A stretch of 64,000 bases of DNA from Bacteroidota bacterium (GTDB taxonomy: Bacteria; Bacteroidota; Bacteroidia; J057): NCBI GenBank assembly GCA_020438265.1, contig JAGQVA010000001.1, positions 1,741-65,740 on the forward strand, written 5' to 3'. The position numbers and the translations under genes are program-made. Under the pieces are notes generated by a model, which was not told the DNA's origin, did no database searches, and was given only the letters and a program-made list of their open reading frames with translations. This document shows, piece after piece, positions 10,166 to 19,354 of this stretch; positions within the stretch are counted from its first letter, which is position 1; the number at the start of each line of letters is the position of its first letter.

Positions 10166-11218
10166 ATGAAACTTTCTGCCTTCAATTTTGAAATCCCCGA
10201 AGAACTTACTGCTTTACATCCATCAGATCCTCGCGACCATTGCCGGCTTATGGTTGCTCATCGTGATACCCAAAAAATTGAACATCGAACTTTTCGGGAT
10301 ATCCTCGAATATTTTGATGAAGGGGATGTAATGGTGTTGAATGACACCAAAGTATTTCCTGCCAGGCTGATCGGTAAAAAAGAGAAAACCGGGGCAAGAA
10401 TTGAAGTCTTTTTGCTAAGAGAACTAAATGGTCGTCAGAAATTATGGGATGTGCTGGTTGAGCCCGCCCGTAAAATCAGGGTTGGTAATAAACTCTTTTT
10501 CGGTGATAATGATTTGATTGCTGAAGTAGTGGATAATACCACTTCACGTGGCCGGACCATTAGGTTTCTGTTCGATGGTGAAAATGATGAGCTGAGAGCA
10601 CTGATTGATAAATTGGGTAAAACTCCTATTCCTCCATATATCAGTGATAAAAGAGACGTTCAGGCTCAGGACAGGGAAAATTATCAAACCGTTTTTGCCA
10701 AAAAGGTAGGTGCGGTTGCAGCTCCCACTGCTGGCCTTCACTTTACCCGCGAATTACTCAAAAGATTTGAACTTAAAGGAATTGAAGAATCCTTTATTAC
10801 CCTCCACGTAGGTATTGGAGCCTTTAATCCCGTTGAAGTAGAGGATTTGTCCAAACACCGGATGGATTCTGAGTATTTTGTCATTCCTGAAGAAACCCGC
10901 GATATGGTCAATGATGCCAAAGACCAGAAAAGAAGAGTCCTGGCAGTAGGTACTTCAGTGATGCGTGCCCTTGAATCATCTGTTTCAGCCAACAGAATGC
11001 TGAATCCCGCTGATGGTTGGACGGATAAATTCATTTATCCTCCTTATGAATTCAATATTTGTAATGCCTTTCTGACCAATTTTCATCGCTCTAAATCTAC
11101 CCTGCTGATGATGTCAGCTGCTTTTATGGGGTATGAATTTATGATCGAGTGTTACGAACAGGCAATCAAGGAAAAGTATCGTTTCCATAGTTATGGAGAT
11201 GCTTTATTGGTTATATAA
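10166..11218 (+). CDS. queA: S-adenosylmethionine:tRNA ribosyltransferase-isomerase
   Basis: [19 protein letters not shown]...RLMV N-terminus typical of QueA. Also [37 protein letters not shown] and ...YGDALLV. Start chosen at the ATG at 10166 (alternative at 10160). Confidence 0.92.
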   Translation: MKLSAFNFEIPEELTALHPSDPRDHCRLMVAHRDTQKIEHRTFRDILEYFDEGDVMVLNDTKVFPARLIGKKEKTGARIEVFLLRELNGRQKLWDVLVEPARKIRVGNKLFFGDNDLIAEVVDNTTSRGRTIRFLFDGENDELRALIDKLGKTPIPPYISDKRDVQAQDRENYQTVFAKKVGAVAAPTAGLHFTRELLKRFELKGIEESFITLHVGIGAFNPVEVEDLSKHRMDSEYFVIPEETRDMVNDAKDQKRRVLAVGTSVMRALESSVSANRMLNPADGWTDKFIYPPYEFNICNAFLTNFHRSKSTLLMMSAAFMGYEFMIECYEQAIKEKYRFHSYGDALLVI

Positions 11219-11274
11219 TTAATTTCGGTATCCGATACGCTGCACTGATCGTTGCAGGAGGCTCCGGACAACGG

Positions 11275-11952
11275 ATGGGAGCCTCAACTCCCAAACAATT
11301 TATGGATTTGGGAGGAAAACCCATTTTGGTCAGGACAGTAGAGAAATTTATTACCTGGAATTCAGGACTTCTGGTGACGCTCGTCCTGCCTGAAGCACAT
11401 TTCCAAACCTGGGAAAAACTCTCTGAGCCACATTTCTCTGAAGAAAAAAAACAAAGGATAACGCTTTGCGCAGGTGGAAAAACCCGTACGGAATCCGTTT
11501 TGAATGGGCTGACCCATATATGTACAAAATTTGATCATCCTGAACAAGTACTGGTAGCCATCCACGATGGAGTCAGACCTTTTATTTCTTCAGGCATTAT
11601 CAGACAGGCTTTTGAAGACGCGGAGGAACACGGGGCTTCTGTAGTTTGTGTTCCTGTAAAAGCATCTTTGCGGAAAAAACTTGACGACAACCAATCGATT
11701 GCTGTGGATCGGGCTCCTTTCTTCGAAGTGCAAACCCCTCAGACGTTTTTTCTGAAAGACATTTTTGAGGCCTATCAGAATCTTCCTGATGGAGTAACCT
11801 TCACCGATGACGCCAGCCTGTATGAATGGAGCGGAGGCAAGGTGAAAATTACGGAGGGGTCTTATAATAATATTAAGATTACAACTCCGGAGGATATGTT
11901 TGTGGGCCAAAAAATTTTAAGTACTTCAGATTCTCCAGAGTCCGGATTATAA
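11275..11952 (+). CDS. ispD: 2-C-methyl-D-erythritol 4-phosphate cytidylyltransferase
   Basis: PKQF, GG..R..SV, VAIHDGVRPF and QTPQTF motifs. Coordinates are from the first ATG, but the conserved AALIVAGGSGQRMG loop is encoded in frame upstream (11239-11280), so the true start is probably a non-canonical codon near 11218-11230. Confidence 0.85.
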   Translation: MGASTPKQFMDLGGKPILVRTVEKFITWNSGLLVTLVLPEAHFQTWEKLSEPHFSEEKKQRITLCAGGKTRTESVLNGLTHICTKFDHPEQVLVAIHDGVRPFISSGIIRQAFEDAEEHGASVVCVPVKASLRKKLDDNQSIAVDRAPFFEVQTPQTFFLKDIFEAYQNLPDGVTFTDDASLYEWSGGKVKITEGSYNNIKITTPEDMFVGQKILSTSDSPESGL

Positions 11953-13362
11953 TTTACCAACCTTTTGTGCAACCCACTGCTTAGCTGCCATATTTGGCAA
12001 TTTGTCCATTTTCTCTTTGATCTGAGCAACGGTAATTTTCTCGCCCAACTGATATTTTACAAGGGCCTGCGTAATCCTCACCAGATTCAAATACAATTTT
12101 CGCTGGTAGTCTGAAATTTGTTTATTCCTTTTCAAATACACTTTAAAACTTCCCAGCAGATATATCAAAGGCTCAAATTCTTCCAGTTCATAATAGGTTT
12201 TTATCAAGGTGGTTTTAGCATCGGTTTGATAAAAAACATCGGTAAACTCCACTGCACTGAGCAGGCGTTTTACCTGACTGTAATTGCCTCTGGCAAATTG
12301 TAAATAAGCCATATTATAGGTATAGGCATTCTTCGCTTCTTCTTCAGGTAAAAAATGATGGTATTTTTCAATAAATGCCTCCACCCAGTCATATTCCTTC
12401 ATTCGGGTACCAATCGCCACTGTATTTTTAAAGTGAGGTACGGGTAGTTTGCCATCTTCAAAAATGATTCGTTTTTCTACAAGAGTCTGATATAATTCAA
12501 AAATCTGTTGCCCAAATTCAGCATTTCCTGTGTTGAGTTTTTTGATGCAATAATTGAGGGCGAAAGCGTAGAGGTTTCGTAATTCATTGAGGGATAATTG
12601 ATCAGAATGTTCTTCAAGAAGGCCTTTTAACTGAAAGAAATGATTTTGATTTTCTCCATCAATCAGGGTCTGAAGGGTGATAAAGTAGAGTTGAATCAGC
12701 TGATGATTAAGCTGGGAAAACAGAGGAAAAACATTACTGATTTCCTTTGTCAGAAACAACTCATAAGATTGATTCAACACATTGGCGCGGTTAATTACTT
12801 CGCAGGAATATCGCAGTTTTTTTGCCAGATAACATTGATCCAGTGTATTAACAACCTGATCAACAGTAGATTGATCGTTTCGATTCTGGGTTTTGACCCC
12901 GTAAAGATATCCTTTCTCTACAATGCGAAATACATCCACAAAATCGTCAGAATTTTGAGGATCAGTTGAAAGAATTTTCTTCTTGAGCTTGCGGTGAGTT
13001 TCCTGAAAATCTTTGTCCAGATTGCGCTGCTCTAAAGCATCGAGTAAAACAAACTCTCTTTCATAAGGCTTTTCTTCCAGGTTTTTGGAAATCAGAAATC
13101 CTTCGATTAGCCGGGTGAGATCCGTCATTACATACCGTAGTTTCTGAGATTGATAATCTTCTTGTGGAAATAAATGCTTAAAGCAGAATTCCATCCCCAG
13201 CTTTTGATCTTCAAAACCCGGAGCAAAACCGGAAATATATTCCCATGCTTCAATGACCTTTTCATTTTTGTTGAAAAATGGAGATCTTATATAGTCATCC
13301 AGCGATTTTAGTTCCCAGGATGATAAAGATTTGAGAATTCGGATGGGTTTGCTTTGATGCAT
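11947..13362 (-). CDS. Hypothetical protein (all-helical, TPR-like by eye)
   Basis: 471-aa ORF with an ATG start and coding-like composition. No recognisable catalytic motif. Confidence 0.6.
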   Translation of the reverse strand: MHQSKPIRILKSLSSWELKSLDDYIRSPFFNKNEKVIEAWEYISGFAPGFEDQKLGMEFCFKHLFPQEDYQSQKLRYVMTDLTRLIEGFLISKNLEEKPYEREFVLLDALEQRNLDKDFQETHRKLKKKILSTDPQNSDDFVDVFRIVEKGYLYGVKTQNRNDQSTVDQVVNTLDQCYLAKKLRYSCEVINRANVLNQSYELFLTKEISNVFPLFSQLNHQLIQLYFITLQTLIDGENQNHFFQLKGLLEEHSDQLSLNELRNLYAFALNYCIKKLNTGNAEFGQQIFELYQTLVEKRIIFEDGKLPVPHFKNTVAIGTRMKEYDWVEAFIEKYHHFLPEEEAKNAYTYNMAYLQFARGNYSQVKRLLSAVEFTDVFYQTDAKTTLIKTYYELEEFEPLIYLLGSFKVYLKRNKQISDYQRKLYLNLVRITQALVKYQLGEKITVAQIKEKMDKLPNMAAKQWVAQKVGKL

Positions 13363-13547
13363 AAGGGTAATTCTTAAAAAATAATTTAAAAACTTTCCCG
13401 ATAAACTGGCCTAAAAAATATTAAATTATATGATAAATAGTACTCAATTGCTAAATAATAAAAATTATTTACCCGATAAACCATAAAATATGTATTTGTT
13501 CTCTCCCAACTATTCAGGCAGATTTGTAAAAAGAAAAAACCGGAATT

Positions 13548-15899
13548 ATGATCAACAAATCTAGCACACTCATTTTCCTCGCCCTCATCGGATTATTTTC
13601 CGGGGGTGTTTTTGCTCAGAATGTCTTTACCAAGGTTTATTATAACCAAATAAAGGCCAAAAACATGGAATGGGCCGGCCACAATCTGATTGTCGCCGGA
13701 GACCATTATACGCCTGTCGCCAGTAATCACTCCAATTTTGCTTTCTGGCGAATGGATACAACTGGTAGCATCAGCCATGCTGTTTCTTACCACAATACAA
13801 GCCGCGATTTTGCTTCTTTTGTCAGGGAACATCCCGACGGAGGATTTGTGATTGGGGGATTCTCTCAGTACAGTTCCCAAAATCCTGATAGTTCAGAACT
13901 GGTGATTATTCGCACGTTTCCAAATGGAGCAGTAAAATGGGCCAGAGCTTATTATAAAGGCAATCACAAGGCTGGTTATCTGACTGGTCTGGAAGTGAAT
14001 GGGGATGGAACGATTGTTTTTACAGCGCAAATGTATGGTCATTTAACCAATAATACCCCCAATATCCATGGCGCTGTCATCCAGGTGGACACTGCCGGAG
14101 TGCCTATGTGGCATCGGGTAATCAGATTGGGAAATAACGCCCTGGCTCCTAATCCTCTTGCCACAGATGGAATTCCCAGTGCAAATCTGGCGATTCAAAA
14201 TAATGGAACAATTGTTACCGGCTGGAATTTTTTCTATGCTGATACTGCCAATAATGTTGTTCATAGAGGAGTCTCTTTTCAGGCTTATGATCCAACTACA
14301 GGAAACCTGGTCTGGGATAAACAATATCGGGCCAAACCACTGATCAGCATGGCTCTGACTCCTCAGGATAATGGAATTGCCGCTTATTTGGTTAATCCTC
14401 AGGGTAACAGGGCTTTATTGAAACTGGATGCAAATGGAGATCAGGAATGGGCCAATCTGGATGCATGGCAGGGGCCGATTACTCGTGCAGTGAGCCTGAA
14501 ACCGGTAAACAACTTCATTCCTTATCTGGCTAATAACCGCCTCATCATAGAGCGGGACAGCCCCAATTTCGTCATTCGTCCAGCGATCGAAAGTAATGCA
14601 CAGCAGGTAAGACTGGCCGATTTTGTAACCAAAGGGAGAAGGGCTTATATTATTGGGCATACCATACCCAATTCTAATCTGGGTTTCCGGCCTATTCTTA
14701 CCAAAACCAAAATTGATTCGGTAGGGAATTGTTTTATGCAGTTTAATCCTTCCAATAATTTTGCTTCCCTGACACTGGATACCTTGAATGTGAATTTGTC
14801 TTCCTCAGTGCAGGTAGTATTGCATGTAGATACCCTTAATCTCCTGACTGGTCTTTTGTCTCACAATGATACGACTGTGTGTGTAGGATCTGGACTCGTC
14901 TGGCCCGGTGATGCCAATTCTGATGGGGTAGCCAATGTGGTTGACTTTCTGTTTGTAGGACTGGGATGGGGTAACCAGGGGCCACCCAGGACAAATCCAA
15001 CCACTGCATGGGTAGGGCAACCAGCGACTGATTGGATTGGTAGCTTTTTTAACGGTGTTAATCGGAAACATGCTGACGCCAATGGCAATGGTCATATAGG
15101 ATTTGGAGATATCATTCCCATCTTCCTCAATTATGGTCTGACGCATAATAAAGGTGATCAAAATGGAAGTCCTGAAGATCCTCCTTTGGCCCTGGCTATG
15201 CCTGTGGATAGTATTTTGGCGGGAGAGACGGTCGAAGTTTCGGTGATGTTTGGAGATGCTGATCATCCGCTCAGTGATATTCATGGACTCTCATTTTATA
15301 TCAAATACGATCCCGCGCTCATTGATACCAATAGTATGAAGTTTGTGCCAGCATCTTCATGGTTTGGAACGGACAGTGTGGATATGATTTATATGGAGAA
15401 TGATATTTACACAGAAGGGTTACTGGAAGTCGGCCTGACCCGAATTACACAAACAGACGCAGCGGGTTATGGGATGATTGGTAAACTGACCTTTGTAACC
15501 ATAGATAATATTTCCGGAAAAAATCTGGTTGCTGAAAAACTCAAACTTGACATTCGCTCAAAAGGAGCGATGAATGCACAGGAAGACTGGATTTCAGTTT
15601 ATGGCCTGGGGGATTCGATTGTGGTTTATCAGATTGAATCTACCGGCATTAAGGATAACTTGATTGGTGAGAATGTCGTGGTTTATCCAAATCCGGTGAA
15701 TGATTTACTCAAAATTGAATCAGATGCGATAGTTACTGAGTGGATTGAGATGACTAATCTGATGGGAAAAGTCGTTTTACGCCAGGAAATCGGTCGGATG
15801 AGTGAAGAAGTGAATATTTCTGGTCTCAGTTCCGGAGTTTATTTTCTGACTGGCAAAACGAAGGAGGGATATTATACAAGGAAGATTATTAAGAATTAG
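13548..15899 (+). CDS. Secreted protein with dockerin-like repeats, a cohesin-like module and a T9SS type A C-terminal sorting domain
   Basis: 783 aa. Signal peptide. DANSDGVANVVD and DANGNGHIGFGD calcium-loop pairs. Cohesin-like segment (AGETVEVSVMF...GLSFYIKYDP...GKLTFVT). C-terminus VVVYPNPVNDLLKIE...LSSGVYFL.... Confidence 0.8.
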   Translation: MINKSSTLIFLALIGLFSGGVFAQNVFTKVYYNQIKAKNMEWAGHNLIVAGDHYTPVASNHSNFAFWRMDTTGSISHAVSYHNTSRDFASFVREHPDGGFVIGGFSQYSSQNPDSSELVIIRTFPNGAVKWARAYYKGNHKAGYLTGLEVNGDGTIVFTAQMYGHLTNNTPNIHGAVIQVDTAGVPMWHRVIRLGNNALAPNPLATDGIPSANLAIQNNGTIVTGWNFFYADTANNVVHRGVSFQAYDPTTGNLVWDKQYRAKPLISMALTPQDNGIAAYLVNPQGNRALLKLDANGDQEWANLDAWQGPITRAVSLKPVNNFIPYLANNRLIIERDSPNFVIRPAIESNAQQVRLADFVTKGRRAYIIGHTIPNSNLGFRPILTKTKIDSVGNCFMQFNPSNNFASLTLDTLNVNLSSSVQVVLHVDTLNLLTGLLSHNDTTVCVGSGLVWPGDANSDGVANVVDFLFVGLGWGNQGPPRTNPTTAWVGQPATDWIGSFFNGVNRKHADANGNGHIGFGDIIPIFLNYGLTHNKGDQNGSPEDPPLALAMPVDSILAGETVEVSVMFGDADHPLSDIHGLSFYIKYDPALIDTNSMKFVPASSWFGTDSVDMIYMENDIYTEGLLEVGLTRITQTDAAGYGMIGKLTFVTIDNISGKNLVAEKLKLDIRSKGAMNAQEDWISVYGLGDSIVVYQIESTGIKDNLIGENVVVYPNPVNDLLKIESDAIVTEWIEMTNLMGKVVLRQEIGRMSEEVNISGLSSGVYFLTGKTKEGYYTRKIIKN

Positions 15900-15987
15900 C
15901 CTTTAGCTATTGGCCTTTAGCTATTGGCTTTTGGGAAAATTGCCTAAACCAAAGGCTAAAGGCCAATAGCTAACAGCCAAAAGCTAT
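15898..15987. repeat. Palindromic element whose arms are tandem degenerate heptamers (CYWTTRG / CYAAWRG)
   Basis: Left arm is CCTTTAG CTATTGG CCTTTAG CTATTGG CTTTTGG. Right arm is CCAAAGG CTAAAGG CCAATAG CTAACAG CCAAAAG. It starts on the stop codon of the upstream gene. A second copy lies at 42911-42989. Confidence 0.85.
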
Positions 15988-16003
15988 TTACCGTTCATCA
16001 TTT

Positions 16004-16075
16004 ATAGCGTCGCCGCATTAAAATGGCGGCGCTATTTTTCTTCACAAAGCGCCGCATTAAAATGGCGGCGCTATT
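16004..16075. repeat. Two tandem GC-core hairpins (GCGCCGCATTAAAATGGCGGCGC)
   Basis: ATAGCGTCGCCGCATTAAAATGGCGGCGCTAT, then AAGCGCCGCATTAAAATGGCGGCGCTAT 12 nt later. Each copy is self-complementary. Confidence 0.85.
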
Positions 16076-16126
16076 GTGATTTTTTTGTTTATAGATTACT
16101 TGACTCTAATGAATAAATGTAATTCC

Positions 16127-16274
16127 GGGATTCAGGAGGCCCCAGATCGCTTCCGCGTCTGGGGTGACAAAGCATGCGCTTTTTGGATACACGCCGAACA
16201 TTTCGGCGTGTTTTTAACAGCTATTGGCTGTCACCCCGGACGACAGGAGGAGATCCGGGGCCTCCTGAGATCCC
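16127..16274. repeat. Nested three-tier inverted repeat
   Basis: Outer tier: GGGATTCAGGAGGCCCCAGATC / GATCCGGGGCCTCCTGAGATCCC. Middle tier: CGTCTGGGGTGACA / TGTCACCCCGGACG. Inner tier: ACACGCCGAA / TTCGGCGTGT. It also contains a GCTATTGGC word from the heptamer family. Confidence 0.8.
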
Positions 16275-16319
16275 AAAAGGGTAAACTCATTTCAAATATA
16301 ACTCCAAACACGACTCTAT

Positions 16320-18362
16320 TCAAAAATCAAAAAGAATCAACTCAACCCGTCTGTTCTGCCGATCATCAGCGCTATCCGAATCCAAAGGCTGAGTTTCGCC
16401 ATAATACTCCACAGTCAATCTCTGTGGCTGTATTCCCCGGGAAGTCAGATACCTTCTGACAGCTTCAGCCCTTCTCCTGGAAAGATTGTCATTATAGTCC
16501 TCAGGCCCAATCTGATCTGCATGTCCCATGATTTTCATGTAAGAACCCGGGTGATCTCTCAGGTATTCATACACATAATTCAGCGAGTATCTGGCCTGCC
16601 CATCAAGGGCAAAACTGGCAGATTGGAAATAGATTTTTTCAAAAGGCTCTTTTTTCCCTCCTAAATCATCATGTGGAGGAAATTTAGGAACGGGAACTAC
16701 ATCGAATTTTTGTTCTTCCTCTTCAACGATGGGTTTGGGTTCTTCCTGCTGGTTATTTTCGGAAGGATTAATGGAGGAAGATTGATTGTTATTTTTGGGA
16801 GGAACAGAATCTTTTTTATCGTCCTTTTTAATGATTTTTTCAGGTTTATCTTTTTCTTCTTTTTGAGTGATTGTTTCCTGATTGGTATCCAGTTCGGGGC
16901 ATCCATTCAGTGTAACCAGGCCAGGAACGTCCGGGCATGCATCCTTTTTGTCTGGCACTCCATCAAAATCTGAATCCTTTTTTCTCTGAATGGTAATGGG
17001 AGCTCTCAGACCAATTTGCAAATCCATTCCCCTTATTTCCTGACTAAACAAAGGCGAAATAAAATCACTGGTCCCCAAAATTATCGGCCCCAACCGTACA
17101 TTCATACCCAAAGCTGGTCCTCTGTTGGCCACGGCAGAAACAGGGAGACTTACGCCCCAGAATTTGCCCTCAAACCTGGGAGCAACATAGATACCGGTAA
17201 AGTGATGGGCACCTTTTTCACTGTTTTTGGGGCGAATATTTATAAAAGGAATAACGCTCACATAAAAATGTTTGGAAATTCGCAGATCTGCCTGTAAACT
17301 AACTGCCGAAGGAAGTGATACACGAAAAGAGGCGGAGTCGGAAGAATAGGAAAATTCAGCCTGAAGCGTACTATCTATATCGTCAAAGTTTGCCCCCTGA
17401 ACATCATCCAGATCAAAACCTGTGAGCATTCCTGAAAAAGCATACTGGCGATTCGTTTGGTTGAATGGAATATTACCAATATCAAGCACAGAAAGGCCCA
17501 GTTTAAAAAGATACATATCAGGTTCCGGACGGTATTCATAGACCAAACCCAGATCCCCTCCCACGCCAAGGTTGTTGAAATTTAGGTTTCTTAAATCCTG
17601 AAGCGGGTTAAAACCTGCGGTTAGCGAATCAGTCATTAAACCCAGTTGTGCAGAGGTTTCAATATTATAAATGTCCAGTTGAGTCTGACTATTGAAAGCA
17701 TAATCAAGGCTTCGCATATATAAATTTCCGCTGGCCAGTCCGAGCAGAAGTTTGATTCTTCCCCCGGCATTAAGACGATGCGGCCCATTTTCATAAATTT
17801 GCTGAGCATATCCCAGAGCAAATTCTGCATAACTCAACAGTCCTATGCTAAGACCGCTGTTATCGTATTGAATTCCAAACTGGTCAGGAACATCGAGCCC
17901 CTCGTAAGCAAACCTTGCTCCCGGCTCCCGCAAACCGTCTATATTAAAAAACGTTCGTAATCTTCCTGTCAACGAAATGCTGTGTTTAGGGGTGAGTCTT
18001 AGCGAAATTCCGGGCAAATCGGCATCCTGATGTGCGAAAAGGGATTTATTGCGGCCATTATACCTGGCAGGAAGAATATTTTTATAAGTTTGTTCATTAA
18101 CTTGTAAAAAACTCTTATCATAGAGGCTCGCAGTTTGAATACCAATGAAGTTATTGTGAAGTCTGGCACTGAGGCCGACTAGTTTGATGTCTACATTGGG
18201 GTGTTGGCCAACCGAAGAGGCTGGTTGAAGGTTGAGGTTAAATATACCTGGAGAACGTCCGTTTTGAAGGCCCCAGAATGTTTGGCTAAAAGTAAAAAGG
18301 GGGAGAGTAGCAAAGTGGATTAAAATAATTAATCTTATCATTGCACTATAAATTCTTTTCAA
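16320..18362 (-). CDS. OmpA-family outer membrane protein (N-terminal barrel-like domain, TSP3-type Asp-rich motif, K/E/N-rich linker, OmpA C-terminal domain)
   Basis: 680 aa. DSDFDGVPDKKDACPD motif. C-terminal OmpA-like region (IYFQSASFAL..., GHADQIGPEDYNDNLSRRRAEAVRRYL, NRRVEL). The longest ORF starts at TTG 18362; an ATG alternative is at 18341. Confidence 0.85.
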   Translation of the reverse strand: MKRIYSAMIRLIILIHFATLPLFTFSQTFWGLQNGRSPGIFNLNLQPASSVGQHPNVDIKLVGLSARLHNNFIGIQTASLYDKSFLQVNEQTYKNILPARYNGRNKSLFAHQDADLPGISLRLTPKHSISLTGRLRTFFNIDGLREPGARFAYEGLDVPDQFGIQYDNSGLSIGLLSYAEFALGYAQQIYENGPHRLNAGGRIKLLLGLASGNLYMRSLDYAFNSQTQLDIYNIETSAQLGLMTDSLTAGFNPLQDLRNLNFNNLGVGGDLGLVYEYRPEPDMYLFKLGLSVLDIGNIPFNQTNRQYAFSGMLTGFDLDDVQGANFDDIDSTLQAEFSYSSDSASFRVSLPSAVSLQADLRISKHFYVSVIPFINIRPKNSEKGAHHFTGIYVAPRFEGKFWGVSLPVSAVANRGPALGMNVRLGPIILGTSDFISPLFSQEIRGMDLQIGLRAPITIQRKKDSDFDGVPDKKDACPDVPGLVTLNGCPELDTNQETITQKEEKDKPEKIIKKDDKKDSVPPKNNNQSSSINPSENNQQEEPKPIVEEEEQKFDVVPVPKFPPHDDLGGKKEPFEKIYFQSASFALDGQARYSLNYVYEYLRDHPGSYMKIMGHADQIGPEDYNDNLSRRRAEAVRRYLTSRGIQPQRLTVEYYGETQPLDSDSADDRQNRRVELILFDF

Positions 18363-18475
18363 AGCTAAACATTTTCGGATTTAGTCGGTATCCACAAAAG
18401 CAGGATGGTTAGTTTTGGATGATGAAGCGTATCGAACTGCGTTTAATGTGAATTTTTAGAGAATTGAGAAAGGAA

Positions 18476-19126
18476 ATGGAGCTTTCAGAATTGAGAAAAA
18501 TAGTCAGAAAAGGAGAGGGCGAAGATCTGGAATTTAAGCGGAAAGCCACACATCCTCACCGTATTGCCAGAGAGGTTATTGCCTTTGCCAATACAAATGG
18601 AGGGAAATTACTGGTCGGGGTAGATGATGACAAAACAATCTATGGTTGTAAATATGCAGGTGAGGAAGCCTTTGCAATTACCTCTTTTCTTGAGGCTCAT
18701 TGTCGTCCGAGGATTCCCTTCCAACTCAAACACATAAGTATTAATTCCAAAAGGGAGGTTCTGGTTTTTGATATTCCGGAAAGCCGCCGCAAGCCTCATT
18801 TTTTAAATTATGAAAATCAGCGGCAGACATTTGTCCGGGTAGCAGATATGAGTATAACTGCCAGCCAGGAGATGATTACCGTTTTAAAAAATTCTCATAA
18901 AAAAACGGGGGTTTCTATTCGATTTGGAGACCGGGAAAAAACGCTGTTTCAGTACCTGGAAAAATTTGAAAATATTACGCTTGCTGAGACCCAGAAATTA
19001 TTAAAAATTACCCGTAGAAATGCTTCCGGTTTATTGGTTATTATGGTCCGGGCCGGACTGTTAACCATTCATCCTACAGAAAAAGGGGATTTTTTCAGAC
19101 TCATGCCTGACGCCTTTGAAGTCTAG
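18476..19126 (+). CDS. AlbA_2 (Schlafen-like) DNA-binding domain protein with C-terminal wHTH-like region
   Basis: GEGEDLEFKRK...IAREVIAFANTNGGKLLVGVDDD is the typical AlbA_2 N-terminus. Start taken at the ATG at 18476 (TTG at 18464 is possible). Confidence 0.7.
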   Translation: MELSELRKIVRKGEGEDLEFKRKATHPHRIAREVIAFANTNGGKLLVGVDDDKTIYGCKYAGEEAFAITSFLEAHCRPRIPFQLKHISINSKREVLVFDIPESRRKPHFLNYENQRQTFVRVADMSITASQEMITVLKNSHKKTGVSIRFGDREKTLFQYLEKFENITLAETQKLLKITRRNASGLLVIMVRAGLLTIHPTEKGDFFRLMPDAFEV

Positions 19127-19354
19127 ACCAATTGGGTCTCAAAAAAGAATTTCAGGCATAAAAAATTCCACTGAATCCCGGATTTCAATGATTTTCACTT
19201 TGACCATTAATAAATTTCCTGCTAATTTCAGGTTAGGAAGGGATTTTTGTATATTCTGAAAGGAAATACATGTATCTCTTGCGAATAAGCGTTATTTATT
19301 ATAGAGGCTTTTCCCACAGTTTTGTAAATCTCTCAACTAACCTATTCTAATACT

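Noticed and set aside
16004-16075. Possible mini-CRISPR (tandem identical ~23-nt palindromic units); the same thought applied to 60421-60466
   Set aside because: There are only two repeat copies, separated by 12-14 nt, which is far shorter than a spacer. The repeats are fully palindromic hairpins, and there are no cas genes in the window.
16127-16274. Attempt to infer which strand's RNA folds the nested repeat from G-U versus A-C mismatches
   Set aside because: The outer stem's single mismatch is A-C on the plus strand (G-U on the minus). The middle stem's mismatch is U-G on the plus strand (A-C on the minus). The two cancel out, so no strand can be favoured.
16076-16459. 127-aa plus-strand ORF spanning the repeat mosaic and running antisense into the OmpA-family gene
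   Set aside because: It is composed largely of translated palindromic repeats and overlaps the well-supported OmpA C-terminal domain on the other strand.
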